In this document: positions 48,502-57,464 of the stretch, in pieces
Numbering within the stretch: the first letter of the stretch is position 1
Layout of the letters: every line of letters begins with the position of its first letter
Source of the DNA: a virus
DNA: 64,000 nucleotides
Direction: 5' to 3' (one strand)
Virus record (IMG/VR): IMGVR_UViG_3300044568_003751
Location: 1 to 64,000 of that record
Position numbers and translations under genes: made by a program
Notes under the pieces: generated by a model
What the model saw: the letters and a program-made list of their open reading frames with translations, nothing else
Databases searched by the model: none
Told to the model about the DNA's origin: nothing

Positions 48502-48831
48502 CTATGACATAGGGTGGCTCAACAGGAACCAACTGAGTTCTTTGTCTGTTGCAACATAGATCCGATAGTCGTTGTACTTGGCACTGAAGGACCAAGTGGA
48601 GTTGATATCATCTGGTTCAAATTCTTCCTCGTGGTGTTGCTTTGATCGGAGCAGTTCACTTCGAACTTCAACGTCTTGACCCCATCCATAGGTTGTGGTG
48701 AACCAACGTCGAGCACGATCAAAACTCAACACACCAGTACCAATCCAATGTCCTTTTGAAAACTCAATCATGTACTGGTAGGCAGTGTTATGACTGTACC
48801 TTGCATCTAGTTTTACAACTTTATATTTCAT
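48502..48831 (-). CDS. Hypothetical protein
   Basis: About 109 aa from MKYKVVKL. Confidence 0.55.
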   Translation of the reverse strand: MKYKVVKLDARYSHNTAYQYMIEFSKGHWIGTGVLSFDRARRWFTTTYGWGQDVEVRSELLRSKQHHEEEFEPDDINSTWSFSAKYNDYRIYVATDKELSWFLLSHPMS

Positions 48832-48889
48832 ATAGAAAGGAGGGCAGTGCGACACAGCCCTGTGTATTTAACCACCACCCCCCTTAAAC

Positions 48890-49972
48890 TTAGGCGCTGG
48901 CCTGCAAGATGTACTTGCCAAAGCGTTGGTGGAACTCGTCAAAGTTCTTCAACTTGGTTGGGAGGAACGGCAAGTCGTATGTGGTCAATGCAATACGAGC
49001 ACCCATCACAGTCAACTCGGTCTCAAAGTTCTTCATCATGTAGCCCAGGAAGTTATCGGCCATCTCATGGAATTTTTTGTCTTCCACTTTGTTCTCTACT
49101 GCACCCTTCAACTCATAGCACATGGAGATTACCAGGCTGTACATGGCCGACACTTCTTTAACATTCAAGTCTTTGACTTTGCCGTTCAAGATGTCTGTAG
49201 GGTTGGGCATGCGGCTGGCAACCTTTTTATGGGCCATGAACTTCACTGCCAAACCTTCACCCACAGTACCTGCAATCAGGTTCATTGTGGTGTCGTCGTC
49301 ATCGCCTTCGTCCAACAACTGGCTTACAAATGTCCATGAGCGTGGTGTAGCAAATGCACGGCTGGCACTCTTGGCATCAAAGTCGTACAGGTCCTGCTTG
49401 GCAAAACTCAAGTAACCTACCACGTCCTTGTGGATGCGGTTGTTAACTGCCCACTCTTGCCACGATGCAAAGTCCACCTTCATCTCTTGGTGGATGAAGC
49501 GGTTTGCCAGCGGAGTTGGCATGCGATAGGTCACACCCTTGTCGCTTTCACGGTTACCTGCGGCAACCATCACAACATTGTCGGGTAATTTATACTTGCC
49601 AATGCGTCGATTCAAAATAAGTTGATAAGCGGCACTCTGGACACTAGGTGCGGCACTGTTAAGTTCGTCCAAGAACAAGACCACAATGGGGTAGTCCTTG
49701 GACATTTCTTCATCGGGCAGTTCCACAGGAGGAGCCCAATCCATCTTGCCAATGTCCTTGTTGTAGAACGGGATACCACGAATGTCCGTGGGTTCCATTT
49801 GACCCAGGCGCAGGTCAATCATCAAGCCACCAAGTTCTCGGGCAATGCCTTCAACCAGTTCACTCTTGCCAATGCCGGGAGGACCCCACAAGAACAAAGG
49901 ACGTTTTACTTTGAATGCTTTGAGCAAAGATTTTTTTGCTTGAAGCGCGGTAACTGTGCGGGATTCTGACAT
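48890..49972 (-). CDS. MoxR-like AAA+ ATPase
   Basis: Walker A GPPGIGKS, Walker B LFLDE, AAGN, LANRF and TPRSW motifs. Confidence 0.9.
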   Translation of the reverse strand: MSESRTVTALQAKKSLLKAFKVKRPLFLWGPPGIGKSELVEGIARELGGLMIDLRLGQMEPTDIRGIPFYNKDIGKMDWAPPVELPDEEMSKDYPIVVLFLDELNSAAPSVQSAAYQLILNRRIGKYKLPDNVVMVAAGNRESDKGVTYRMPTPLANRFIHQEMKVDFASWQEWAVNNRIHKDVVGYLSFAKQDLYDFDAKSASRAFATPRSWTFVSQLLDEGDDDDTTMNLIAGTVGEGLAVKFMAHKKVASRMPNPTDILNGKVKDLNVKEVSAMYSLVISMCYELKGAVENKVEDKKFHEMADNFLGYMMKNFETELTVMGARIALTTYDLPFLPTKLKNFDEFHQRFGKYILQASA

Positions 49973-50002
49973 GGGCTGTGCCTTTCAAGTTAATAAGTCT
50001 AT

Positions 50003-50031
50003 ATTGTAGCAGATGTTGATTTTGTGGTCAA
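50003..50031 (-). promoter_or_regulatory. Early promoter TTGACC-17-TACAAT
   Basis: Same family as 46769. Confidence 0.75.
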
Positions 50032-50198
50032 CTGTTTATTGTAGCAAAAGGGCTGAGAACTTCTTCGGGTTCTTGTGCCTCTGGATTCTCGTAGACCCAA
50101 GATACTGGGATCTCCAGTTCACGGGCAATGTCCATTGCAGTCCGACCCTTCTCCAGCAAGGACCGAATGTCAATATCAAGTTCGCTCATACGGCTCAT
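50028..50198 (-). CDS. 56-aa HTH-like protein, not in ORF track
   Basis: LLEKGRTAMDIARELEIPVSWVY helix-turn-helix pattern. SD AAGGAG. Confidence 0.6.
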   Translation of the reverse strand: MSRMSELDIDIRSLLEKGRTAMDIARELEIPVSWVYENPEAQEPEEVLSPFATINS

Positions 50199-50464
50199 GC
50201 TGTCTCCTTGCTCATGTATTCAAACAATGCCCACTTGGCACGGTTCATAAGTTGACGGTGCTCTTCGATGGTATTTGCATCAGGCCGATTGTAGGCGAAC
50301 ATTTCTTGTGCATCGCTCAACATGCCTGCCACAATCATCTCAGCACCTGAAAACTTGAAAGTAGCAGAGCGTTCGATGCTTTCACGCATCCGGGATTCTG
50401 TGGTTCCGTACATACGCACTTGGTTGATTTCCTGAGTGCTAAGTCCTTCAAATGCTTTTCTCAT
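50195..50464 (-). CDS. Hypothetical early protein
   Basis: SD AAGGAG and its own promoter. Confidence 0.65.
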   Translation of the reverse strand: MRKAFEGLSTQEINQVRMYGTTESRMRESIERSATFKFSGAEMIVAGMLSDAQEMFAYNRPDANTIEEHRQLMNRAKWALFEYMSKETA

Positions 50465-50494
50465 TGCTGGCTCCTTTTGTGTGTCTATGTGTAT

Positions 50495-50523
50495 ATTATA
50501 GCAAATGGGTAATTATTGGTCAA
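50495..50523 (-). promoter_or_regulatory. Early promoter TTGACC-17-TATAAT
   Basis: Same family. Confidence 0.8.
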
Positions 50524-50753
50524 CCAAATGCTTTGACTAGTCCTGTAAGCCCAATTGCCAGTGCAACAATGTTCACCAACAACTGTGGCTTATTTGCAAC
50601 ACGAATTGACCATGCCATGAACAGTATAGTACCCAGGAAAAATGCAAGGATATTGTAGGGATAGGCCGCAGGACCCACGGCGTTGAGACTGTGGCCTGCT
50701 ATGATAAACACTGCTCCGGTCCACTGTAGTATTTCGTTGATTTCTAATTTCAT
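50520..50753 (-). CDS. Small membrane protein (3 hydrophobic segments)
   Basis: 77 aa, hydrophobic. Leaderless after promoter 50760-50788. Confidence 0.65.
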   Translation of the reverse strand: MKLEINEILQWTGAVFIIAGHSLNAVGPAAYPYNILAFFLGTILFMAWSIRVANKPQLLVNIVALAIGLTGLVKAFG

Positions 50754-50759
50754 GTTATG

Positions 50760-50788
50760 ATTATAACCGATCTTGAATTATTGGTCAA
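50760..50788 (-). promoter_or_regulatory. Early promoter TTGACC-17-TATAAT
   Basis: Same family. Confidence 0.8.
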
Positions 50789-50791
50789 GTC

Positions 50792-50821
50792 AAAAAAAAG
50801 CCCTACACGGAGTAGGGCTTT
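50792..50821 (-). terminator. Intrinsic terminator
   Basis: AAGCCCTAC/GTAGGGCTT stem plus T run on the - strand. Confidence 0.8.
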
Positions 50822-50859
50822 GTGTCTTTTTCTGCGATATTTTGTCGCAGATTTGGAGT

Positions 50860-51567
50860 TTAGTGCGAGCCTAGAACCACAACTTTATGTCCGTACAAAG
50901 TCACAATTTTAGAACGCAAAGACATGTTCGTAAATTCCCCAAAATACCTGTGTTGCCAACTGATTTTTGAGAGAAACAATTTGTTGTAACCCATGGCAAA
51001 AGGAACCAAGGTTGGGTTAGAATCTAAAAATCTTCCCACACCCTCGGTGACTTCAGGCCAATGGCAGTGGAAAAAGTCATCCAAAATAACCACACCTTCA
51101 TTTGACACCAGATGATTTGCAAGATGTAAATCGGAAACTGTGTGTTGAACTGAATGTCCAGCATCCACAGAAATAAATCTAAAGTATCCTGGCTTGATAT
51201 CAAATTTCTCTACTAGGTGACTGTCAGTAGAATCAGCTTGAACAGTTCTAACATTTGAACCTCGGTGGGCATCAAACTGTTCAATATTTTTCTCAAATGC
51301 GGCCAAATTTTCATTTCCGTATTGATCCAGGCTCAAGAACTGATCACTAAAAATATCCAGAGCAAGGCTTTGGTATTCAGGATCAATCACACTGTTCAGC
51401 AAGATAAAAAACTTGCCTTGATATACACCAATCTCCATGCATCCACCGGATTTGTTAAAATCAAAACTGTCTAAATAATCAACTACATCAAACAATGCAT
51501 GATTACACCAACCACCTACTTCATCAAACCCTGTTTGTTGGTAGTGTTTTAAATTTGAGTTATTCAT
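50860..51567 (-). CDS. Class I SAM methyltransferase (Methyltransf_24-like)
   Basis: MEIGVYQGK, ISVDAGHS, GVVILDD and WPEV motifs. Confidence 0.8.
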   Translation of the reverse strand: MNNSNLKHYQQTGFDEVGGWCNHALFDVVDYLDSFDFNKSGGCMEIGVYQGKFFILLNSVIDPEYQSLALDIFSDQFLSLDQYGNENLAAFEKNIEQFDAHRGSNVRTVQADSTDSHLVEKFDIKPGYFRFISVDAGHSVQHTVSDLHLANHLVSNEGVVILDDFFHCHWPEVTEGVGRFLDSNPTLVPFAMGYNKLFLSKISWQHRYFGEFTNMSLRSKIVTLYGHKVVVLGSH

Positions 51568-51647
51568 TAAAAATTATTCTTTCTTAAAAATTTTATTTAC
51601 TGTACAAAAAGCCCTACAGTATGTAGGATTTTGGTAAAACTAGACTA

Positions 51648-52271
51648 TTACTTATTATCCACATGGTGCTCGGTTTTGAAATTGCCGGATTGAAACCCAA
51701 CTACGCCACCTTCTGCTTCGATGCGTTTGATCACGTCTTCAAACAAGATGGGAGCGAAGTCAGTTTGCTCCACACAAACACAATGGTACCGCGGATCAAT
51801 CTCCTTGCCGTACAATACAGTTCCGGTCTTGGCATCTATGCCACGTGCCTTCTTAACACGACTGGCATGCAAGTGTCCGTGAATGTTCACACCAAAGCGA
51901 CCCAACGAAGCCTCATGCACAGGAATGTGACTCAAGATCATTCCGTTCATCACATGGTACGCCCGCAACTCACGAAAGTACTCGCGGTATTCGTCATCGC
52001 GGAAGATATCATGGTTGCCACGGATCAACACTTTGTCCCCGTTCAAGCGACTCAATGTCTTTAATGCCCGGCGGTTGATCACAACGTCACCCAAGTGGTA
52101 CACCTTGTCATTAGATCTGACTGTGTCGTTCCAGCGTCGGATCATTTCCTCGTCCATCTCATCGGGGTCAGTCCACGGACGCAATTTTACTGTGTCATCA
52201 TCGGGATGTGTAAAGTGACACACACCAGCATGTCCAAAGTGCGTGTCACTGACTAAAAATACTGCTGGCAT
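51648..52271 (-). CDS. Calcineurin-like metallophosphoesterase
   Basis: SDTHFGH, HLGD, GNHD, SHIP and HGHLH motifs. Confidence 0.9.
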   Translation of the reverse strand: MPAVFLVSDTHFGHAGVCHFTHPDDDTVKLRPWTDPDEMDEEMIRRWNDTVRSNDKVYHLGDVVINRRALKTLSRLNGDKVLIRGNHDIFRDDEYREYFRELRAYHVMNGMILSHIPVHEASLGRFGVNIHGHLHASRVKKARGIDAKTGTVLYGKEIDPRYHCVCVEQTDFAPILFEDVIKRIEAEGGVVGFQSGNFKTEHHVDNK

Positions 52272-52296
52272 CTTGTGCTCCTTTCTTGTACTTGTA

Positions 52297-52325
52297 ATTA
52301 TAGCATTTGGACAATATCTGGTCAA
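52297..52325 (-). promoter_or_regulatory. Early promoter TTGACC-17-TATAAT
   Basis: Same family. Confidence 0.8.
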
Positions 52326-52331
52326 GTAGTA

Positions 52332-52835
52332 CTAAGGTATTACTTCTTGCCAGGTGTGATCACCCATGTATTTGACCTGCATTATGTACTGGTAATCTTC
52401 AGGCACGCCAGTGTTCCAGTCTGTGGGTCCAGTAAGCACCAACAGATTTTTCTCATGCCGCTTGTGCCACACCAACCAATAGCAATTGCCCATTACAATT
52501 TGAAAATGGTATTCTGCGGCATATACAGCATCAGTAACATCAAGTCTGCGACGAATGTCTTGTGCTTGTTTTTCTAGCACTGTGACCAGTTCCATGATAC
52601 GATCATACTCCTGCTGGGCATACATCCTGGCATGGTTGATCATGAGATCCTTCTGTCGTTCAACAGGCACTAGATCAAATTGAGGACCTAGGGTGCTTGT
52701 GGCGTAAGGCGTTACATTTCTGTTGAAAAAATGTACCAGTGTGTTGCCAGTATTGACATCAAAACTTTCGCGTCCCTTGGCCGAGTTAGGTGGATCAGTA
52801 TCCGCCATTGTCCCGGTAGCGTCGACGTGGCTCAA
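52332..52835 (-). CDS. DUF2452-like hypothetical protein
   Basis: PYAT....P.F, QA..I..R, G..Y.L and P.DW...DHTW pattern, from recall of the family. Confidence 0.55.
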   Translation of the reverse strand: MSHVDATGTMADTDPPNSAKGRESFDVNTGNTLVHFFNRNVTPYATSTLGPQFDLVPVERQKDLMINHARMYAQQEYDRIMELVTVLEKQAQDIRRRLDVTDAVYAAEYHFQIVMGNCYWLVWHKRHEKNLLVLTGPTDWNTGVPEDYQYIMQVKYMGDHTWQEVIP

Positions 52836-53085
52836 TGTCCAATTGCTTGGTCAAATACTCTCGACCAACAAGACCAAGTTCAATCTCTTTGAGAGCAGTG
52901 ACCACAGCACTGTGCTTGGGCCCTGACACACGAACTAGATCGCCTCGGCCCAGTTCTCTGGCACGGCGAGCACCGATAAGCACTAGGTCATATCGATTCT
53001 CTACTGCGGCAACTGCGGCCTCATTACTAAGCCCCAGGGTTGATTCATATACCAGTTCATCTTGTCTAGTTTGTACGTTATTCAT
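52795..53085 (-). CDS. rpoZ: RNA polymerase omega subunit homologue
   Basis: VENRYDLVLIGARRAREL...VTALKEIELG matches the omega signature. Confidence 0.8.
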   Translation of the reverse strand: MNNVQTRQDELVYESTLGLSNEAAVAAVENRYDLVLIGARRARELGRGDLVRVSGPKHSAVVTALKEIELGLVGREYLTKQLDIEPRRRYRDNGGY

Positions 53086-53386
53086 CTTGGTCCTTTGGTA
53101 ATCCGTTTGAGTGTCGATCTGAAGTTTTTTCTAAGTCTTGAAACAGTCGTTTTTCTTGCTGAGTCAATCTATCCTTGTGTGTCTTGCGTGGATTACCGCA
53201 CAAGAAACAACCGGGATTTCCACAATCCATGGCATGGTGTTTGGCCAATCGATGTGTTTGTTTGATGTTACGTTGGTTATATGTTGCATGGCTTTTGGCA
53301 ATGTTTACTTGCCTGGCTATGGCCACGTCTGTTTTGTGACGTCGTTTTGAGTTTATATATCGGGCTAGATCGTTGCTCATAATCAC
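53078..53386 (-). CDS. Basic hypothetical protein with CGNPGCFLC motif
   Basis: 102 aa. Promoter TTGACA-17-TAAAAT at 53437-53409. Confidence 0.6.
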   Translation of the reverse strand: MIMSNDLARYINSKRRHKTDVAIARQVNIAKSHATYNQRNIKQTHRLAKHHAMDCGNPGCFLCGNPRKTHKDRLTQQEKRLFQDLEKTSDRHSNGLPKDQDE

Positions 53387-53394
53387 CTGTGTAA

Positions 53395-53432
53395 AACAAT
53401 GTAGAACTATTTTAACATAGTTCTACATTGTT
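53395..53432. repeat. Perfect 16-bp inverted repeat overlapping a promoter
   Basis: aacaatgtagaactat-tttaac-atagttctacattgtt. Confidence 0.85.
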
Positions 53433-53438
53433 GTCAAG

Positions 53439-53567
53439 TCATAATGGTTGATATTCTTCTTTACCGCAACCACACTCTGGACAGTTATAGTATTTTGGCA
53501 AATCTTCAAACTTGCCATCTGTCTCTTCATTGTGGACATGGCCACATACAGTGCATACGTATTCCAT
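53439..53567 (-). CDS. Rubredoxin (42 aa, not in ORF track)
   Basis: MEYVCTVCGHVH...FEDLPKYYNCPECGCGKEEY, with two CxxC motifs. Confidence 0.85.
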   Translation of the reverse strand: MEYVCTVCGHVHNEETDGKFEDLPKYYNCPECGCGKEEYQPL

Positions 53568-53576
53568 AGCAGTTCC

Positions 53577-54014
53577 TTACTGGGCGGCCTTGTGAGCTTC
53601 TAACGCTTTGGTAAAGCGGTTGGCATGTGAACGTTCGGCTTTGGCCAGGGTTTCAAACCAGTCAGCAATCTCATCCAGGCCTTCGTCACGAGCAGTTTTT
53701 GCCATGCCCGGATACATGTCAGTGTACTCGTGTGTTTCTCCGTGTATGGCTGATTCCAGTGCTTCGGCAGTGGTCTTCGCTGCCATGCCTGTGGCAGGAT
53801 CTCCTGAACCACCATCGATCAGGTATTCCATGTGACCATGTGCGTGACCTGTTTCGCCTTCGGCTGTGCTACGGAACAGTGCAGAGATATCATTGTCTCC
53901 GGCCACATCGGCCATGTTTGCAAAATACAAATAACGACGATTGGCCTGGCTTTCTCCGGCAAATGCCGCTTTTAAGTTTTGTTCGGTAAGTGTACCTTTT
54001 ACAGATTGTGTCAT
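53577..54014 (-). CDS. Rubrerythrin (ferritin-like domain only)
   Basis: [30 protein letters not shown] and ERSHA motifs. Confidence 0.93.
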   Translation of the reverse strand: MTQSVKGTLTEQNLKAAFAGESQANRRYLYFANMADVAGDNDISALFRSTAEGETGHAHGHMEYLIDGGSGDPATGMAAKTTAEALESAIHGETHEYTDMYPGMAKTARDEGLDEIADWFETLAKAERSHANRFTKALEAHKAAQ

Positions 54015-54058
54015 ATTTCCTCCTTGTTGACAACACTATTATATAGTATAGCAGTTGC

Positions 54059-54631
54059 CTAAGTCAAGGCATTTTGCCATTGTATTTTGTAATGAGGGTA
54101 ATAGTAAGTATTGTCACTTTCATTGGCCAGGAGCCAAGGATAGATCGGGGTAGTAAACTTTAGGCTTTGGTAACCCAGTTGACCCATGTACTCAGATGGC
54201 ACAGCAGGCTCACCGTTTTGTTTACTAGTGCCTGAATTACTCATGGTCGATCGCATACATAAACCTTCAATACTGATACTGCGTATGTGTAACATTGCAC
54301 CTATCGGCCGGCCACTAATTTCTATGCGTAGCTCATGTTCAATTGTTTGGTTGCTATCAGGAATATTGTATTTGAATCTGGTGATCTCGGTTGATAATTG
54401 CTTTGTGGTCACAATCTCGTCATCGATCAAAATGGATACAAACATTGCAGGATCTTCTGCTGTACCAGAAAATTCTATCTCTAATAATGCTGTTTTTACA
54501 TAAGAAATCTTACCATCAGTGATAATTGAATAGATACTCAAGACTGTCTCCGTAGGTATTTTGAAATTCACATTTGCTGAACAACGGCAAATTAGGGGTA
54601 CGTATGCCAGTGCCATCTTCAAGATATGCAA
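54059..54631 (-). CDS. Hypothetical protein (start uncertain)
   Basis: C-terminal G...L.F.TPIY.WLL. The annotated start overlaps the upstream gene. Confidence 0.45.
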   Translation of the reverse strand: MHILKMALAYVPLICRCSANVNFKIPTETVLSIYSIITDGKISYVKTALLEIEFSGTAEDPAMFVSILIDDEIVTTKQLSTEITRFKYNIPDSNQTIEHELRIEISGRPIGAMLHIRSISIEGLCMRSTMSNSGTSKQNGEPAVPSEYMGQLGYQSLKFTTPIYPWLLANESDNTYYYPHYKIQWQNALT

Positions 54632-55634
54632 TCCATTGCTGTGCCAGTAGTTCTGTTTTCTTTTTTGTATACCATATGAACTGCATACTACCTACTTTAC
54701 GAGCAATTTTGAGATATTGCTCATTAGCGTAGAAACAGTTTATGTATTGCTTCATAAATTGTTTATACGATGCATAATTGTCATGGTCGATTACTTGATT
54801 TATATTGTGCCACATGTAGTTTTCAAACCCTGCAAAGTCAAAGAACGCACTGGTTTTTGCGGTTTGTGTGAATGCACTGTCTTTGGGAGAAAAGATTTGA
54901 TTTTTAGTTGCAGCATAAAACCACCAACGTGCCTCTAACACCGTTTCAATAGGTCGTTGAGCTAATGCAAAATATTCTGTGCAAAATTCTTGCAGTGACG
55001 GATCTGTTATTATAATCTGCCAGGGCTTGTGTAGAACTTGGTAACCTAGATTATCAAAGAAACTTTCGTCAAGACTGGCTGTGAACTCGTCGCCACCGTG
55101 GCCGTTAATCATAATACCATCAAAAACTGTTTCTAAATACACATCACCGCTGATGTCTAGCATTTCTAATGTGGGATAATTTTTTTGTAGATATTCAAAG
55201 AATTCGCGATTTTCGTATACACTGAATGGGGAGTATAACACACGCAATTGATCTAGGTGTGTGGCATGTTTTAAGAATCCTGCTACCAAACAGGTTGAGT
55301 CAATGCCGCCACTCCAGCACAGGTTAAGTTTTTCTCCTGTGCCGATGTAGTTGTCGACTCTTTGTGCCATGACTTCATCAAAGGTTTGTTTTGCTACAGG
55401 GGCTTGCCAAGGCCGCTGTACTGCAAACGCAAAAGGTCCAGGAACAGTTTGTGTTCTATCTACAGGCATACCGGCTGGATTGCTTGAAAATATAGAGTTT
55501 AACTCAATCAGATTATTGTAACGATCAAAACCTTCAACCTTGGCAAGACTGCCTATCAACTGATACGGTTTGTTTTGCCAGTCTAGTATTCTATAAAAAA
55601 AACTAGGATTAATTGTTGATAACAATGGTTTCAT
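54516..55634 (-). CDS. PP-loop (asparagine-synthase-like) protein
   Basis: LCWSGGIDST and INGHGGDE motifs. Confidence 0.7.
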   Translation of the reverse strand: MKPLLSTINPSFFYRILDWQNKPYQLIGSLAKVEGFDRYNNLIELNSIFSSNPAGMPVDRTQTVPGPFAFAVQRPWQAPVAKQTFDEVMAQRVDNYIGTGEKLNLCWSGGIDSTCLVAGFLKHATHLDQLRVLYSPFSVYENREFFEYLQKNYPTLEMLDISGDVYLETVFDGIMINGHGGDEFTASLDESFFDNLGYQVLHKPWQIIITDPSLQEFCTEYFALAQRPIETVLEARWWFYAATKNQIFSPKDSAFTQTAKTSAFFDFAGFENYMWHNINQVIDHDNYASYKQFMKQYINCFYANEQYLKIARKVGSMQFIWYTKKKTELLAQQWIAYLEDGTGIRTPNLPLFSKCEFQNTYGDSLEYLFNYH

Positions 55635-55903
55635 GCGCTTCGATTAATTATTATATATATATAGAGATCTATTTGAAAATCGTCAAGGTCACCGGCATCA
55701 TCTGTTTGAAAATTCTGTATCTTGACCAGCAATTGGTTCTCATACAAATTTAGATGTTTCAGCATCCTAATCCTACGTTTAACTATAGTGGGATCTGTAG
55801 CGTTTACCAGCAACTCATCGAGTAACTGTGTTCTAGCTTGATTTGTTTTCGTAATTAATTTTTTTATTATTTTTATTTTGTAATAGTTTATATTGCTGCT
55901 CAT
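55631..55903 (-). CDS. Hypothetical protein (~90 aa)
   Basis: ATG at 55903 after a GTAAATA promoter. The longer ORF-track call runs over tRNAs. Confidence 0.5.
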   Translation of the reverse strand: MSSNINYYKIKIIKKLITKTNQARTQLLDELLVNATDPTIVKRRIRMLKHLNLYENQLLVKIQNFQTDDAGDLDDFQIDLYIYIIINRSA

Positions 55904-55930
55904 GATATATTTACTTGAAAACTTATCAGG

Positions 55931-56007
55931 TGGCCAGGTCCTGTAAGGAATTACCTCCACATTTCCGGGTTCGAAGCCCGGGATTCTATCCATTGAACTA
56001 AAGGCCG
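55931..56007 (-). pseudogene. Degenerate tRNA-Arg(TCG)
   Basis: D arm and anticodon arm (CCGGG-CTTCGAA-CCCGG) intact. T arm and acceptor poorly paired. Confidence 0.55.
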
Positions 56008-56011
56008 AATA

Positions 56012-56085
56012 TGGTGCTCCCACCGGGTAACGATCCTGGGTTTCTACATTACCAATGTAGTGTAATGCCTTTATACTATAGGAGC
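56012..56085 (-). tRNA. tRNA-Thr(GGT)
   Basis: CTACA-TTGGTAA-TGTAG, encoded CCA, T loop ATCGTTA. Confidence 0.85.
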
Positions 56086-56088
56086 AAC

Positions 56089-56124
56089 TGGAGCGGAATA
56101 CCAGAATCGAACTGGTCACCTAAA
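56089..56124 (-). pseudogene. 3' fragment of tRNA-Gly (att-like duplication)
   Basis: GTGACCAGTTCGATTCTGGTATTCCGCTCCA, nearly identical to the 3' end of the tRNA at 57465. Confidence 0.8.
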
Positions 56125-56165
56125 TCAAGTAATTTTGTTATGAATTTTTTCCAACAGGAATAGTA

Positions 56166-57017
56166 TTATGTAACTCTTGAAGTGCTTACAAGACAAGTTC
56201 GATGCATAACACGTGGACAATCATCTGGCGTGCCAGCGGCCAGATGCATCAATGCACGATTATCCCAAAACACAATATCAAACGGTTTCCATTTGTGTCG
56301 GTAAACATATCTGGGGTTGGTAGTGTGCTCAAATAAAAATTGCAGGAGTTCCTGGCCTTCTTTTTCGGGCAACCCGTCGATTCTAGAAGTAAAATGTGGG
56401 TTTACCCATAAAGTTTTGAATCCACCTACTGGATGTTGTTGTACAATAGATTGCAATCTAGGAGGATTCAACTCCCGTTGTTCATCAGAAAGACTTTGTC
56501 GCCAAGGATTCCGAGATTGCAATTCGTCATATTTAAGATAGTACACATGCTCGGCTTGTAGGCATTGCAATTGTTGTTTCATGTCTGCACTGAGATCATC
56601 ATATGCGGCTTGTTGATCAGCAAACAGGGTATCACCACCTTGAGAAGGCAATAACTGTGCATGTAAAAATGTTCCATAGCCAGGATACTCTTTCCAACTG
56701 CTGTCTGCATGCCAGTAGAGACCGGCATCACGCATACCCAGTGGCCGGCCATCTTTGACAATATTGGATAATACCAACACTTCGGGTTGACTTGGCAAAG
56801 GGAAATCAAGCACTGGATGATTGTTAGATGCTAATGTTCCAAAGTTTTTGCAAAAAAAGACAAGTTTATCAGGGGTAATTTGTTGATCCCGGAATATCAA
56901 CAGATGTTCCTTGAGATGCGTTGATTTTAAATCAGCAATTGCTTGACTACTTAGCCGCTGAGAACAATCAAGATCTGTAACTTCTGCGCCAAATGTTGCT
57001 AGTGCCGTAATTTTCAT
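56166..57017 (-). CDS. TauD/TfdA family Fe(II)/2-oxoglutarate dioxygenase
   Basis: WHAD, GGDTLFAD, YRHKW..FD...WDNRALMH and RVMHR motifs. Confidence 0.9.
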   Translation of the reverse strand: MKITALATFGAEVTDLDCSQRLSSQAIADLKSTHLKEHLLIFRDQQITPDKLVFFCKNFGTLASNNHPVLDFPLPSQPEVLVLSNIVKDGRPLGMRDAGLYWHADSSWKEYPGYGTFLHAQLLPSQGGDTLFADQQAAYDDLSADMKQQLQCLQAEHVYYLKYDELQSRNPWRQSLSDEQRELNPPRLQSIVQQHPVGGFKTLWVNPHFTSRIDGLPEKEGQELLQFLFEHTTNPRYVYRHKWKPFDIVFWDNRALMHLAAGTPDDCPRVMHRTCLVSTSRVT

Positions 57018-57056
57018 GGTGCAATTACTTAGTTGACACCAAAGTTAGTCAGATAA

Positions 57057-57380
57057 TTATTCAGGATTAACTTGGGCACTAATAATCATTGGAGGATATT
57101 CGAGTCCTTGACCTAAATTTTCTGATAGAACAACATCAACCCAGGCTTGTGCAGTGGCAAGATCGGGCCAAGTACGACTGATATGTCTTGGTGTGCCTTC
57201 AGTCACACTTTCAACTACAGATTCATTTACAAGGTTATCACTTGAACATCCGTGCGTTTTTGTAAATCTTTCTAAAATTGATTCGAAATTCATTTTGTAA
57301 GCAGACATTGCTGTTACAAATTCGCTTTCAGATAAGCGATGATGGGCAAATCCCCCGAAAACTACAGTAGTTGTAGGCAT
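57057..57380 (-). CDS. Hypothetical protein
   Basis: SD GGAGA. CATAAATA promoter near 57404-57411. Confidence 0.55.
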   Translation of the reverse strand: MPTTTVVFGGFAHHRLSESEFVTAMSAYKMNFESILERFTKTHGCSSDNLVNESVVESVTEGTPRHISRTWPDLATAQAWVDVVLSENLGQGLEYPPMIISAQVNPE

Positions 57381-57464
57381 ATAAATCTCCAATTCACGTC
57401 GAGTATTTATGCTGGACTTGTCAATAATATTCAAGAGTTATTGTAGTATAAAATTACAAATATT

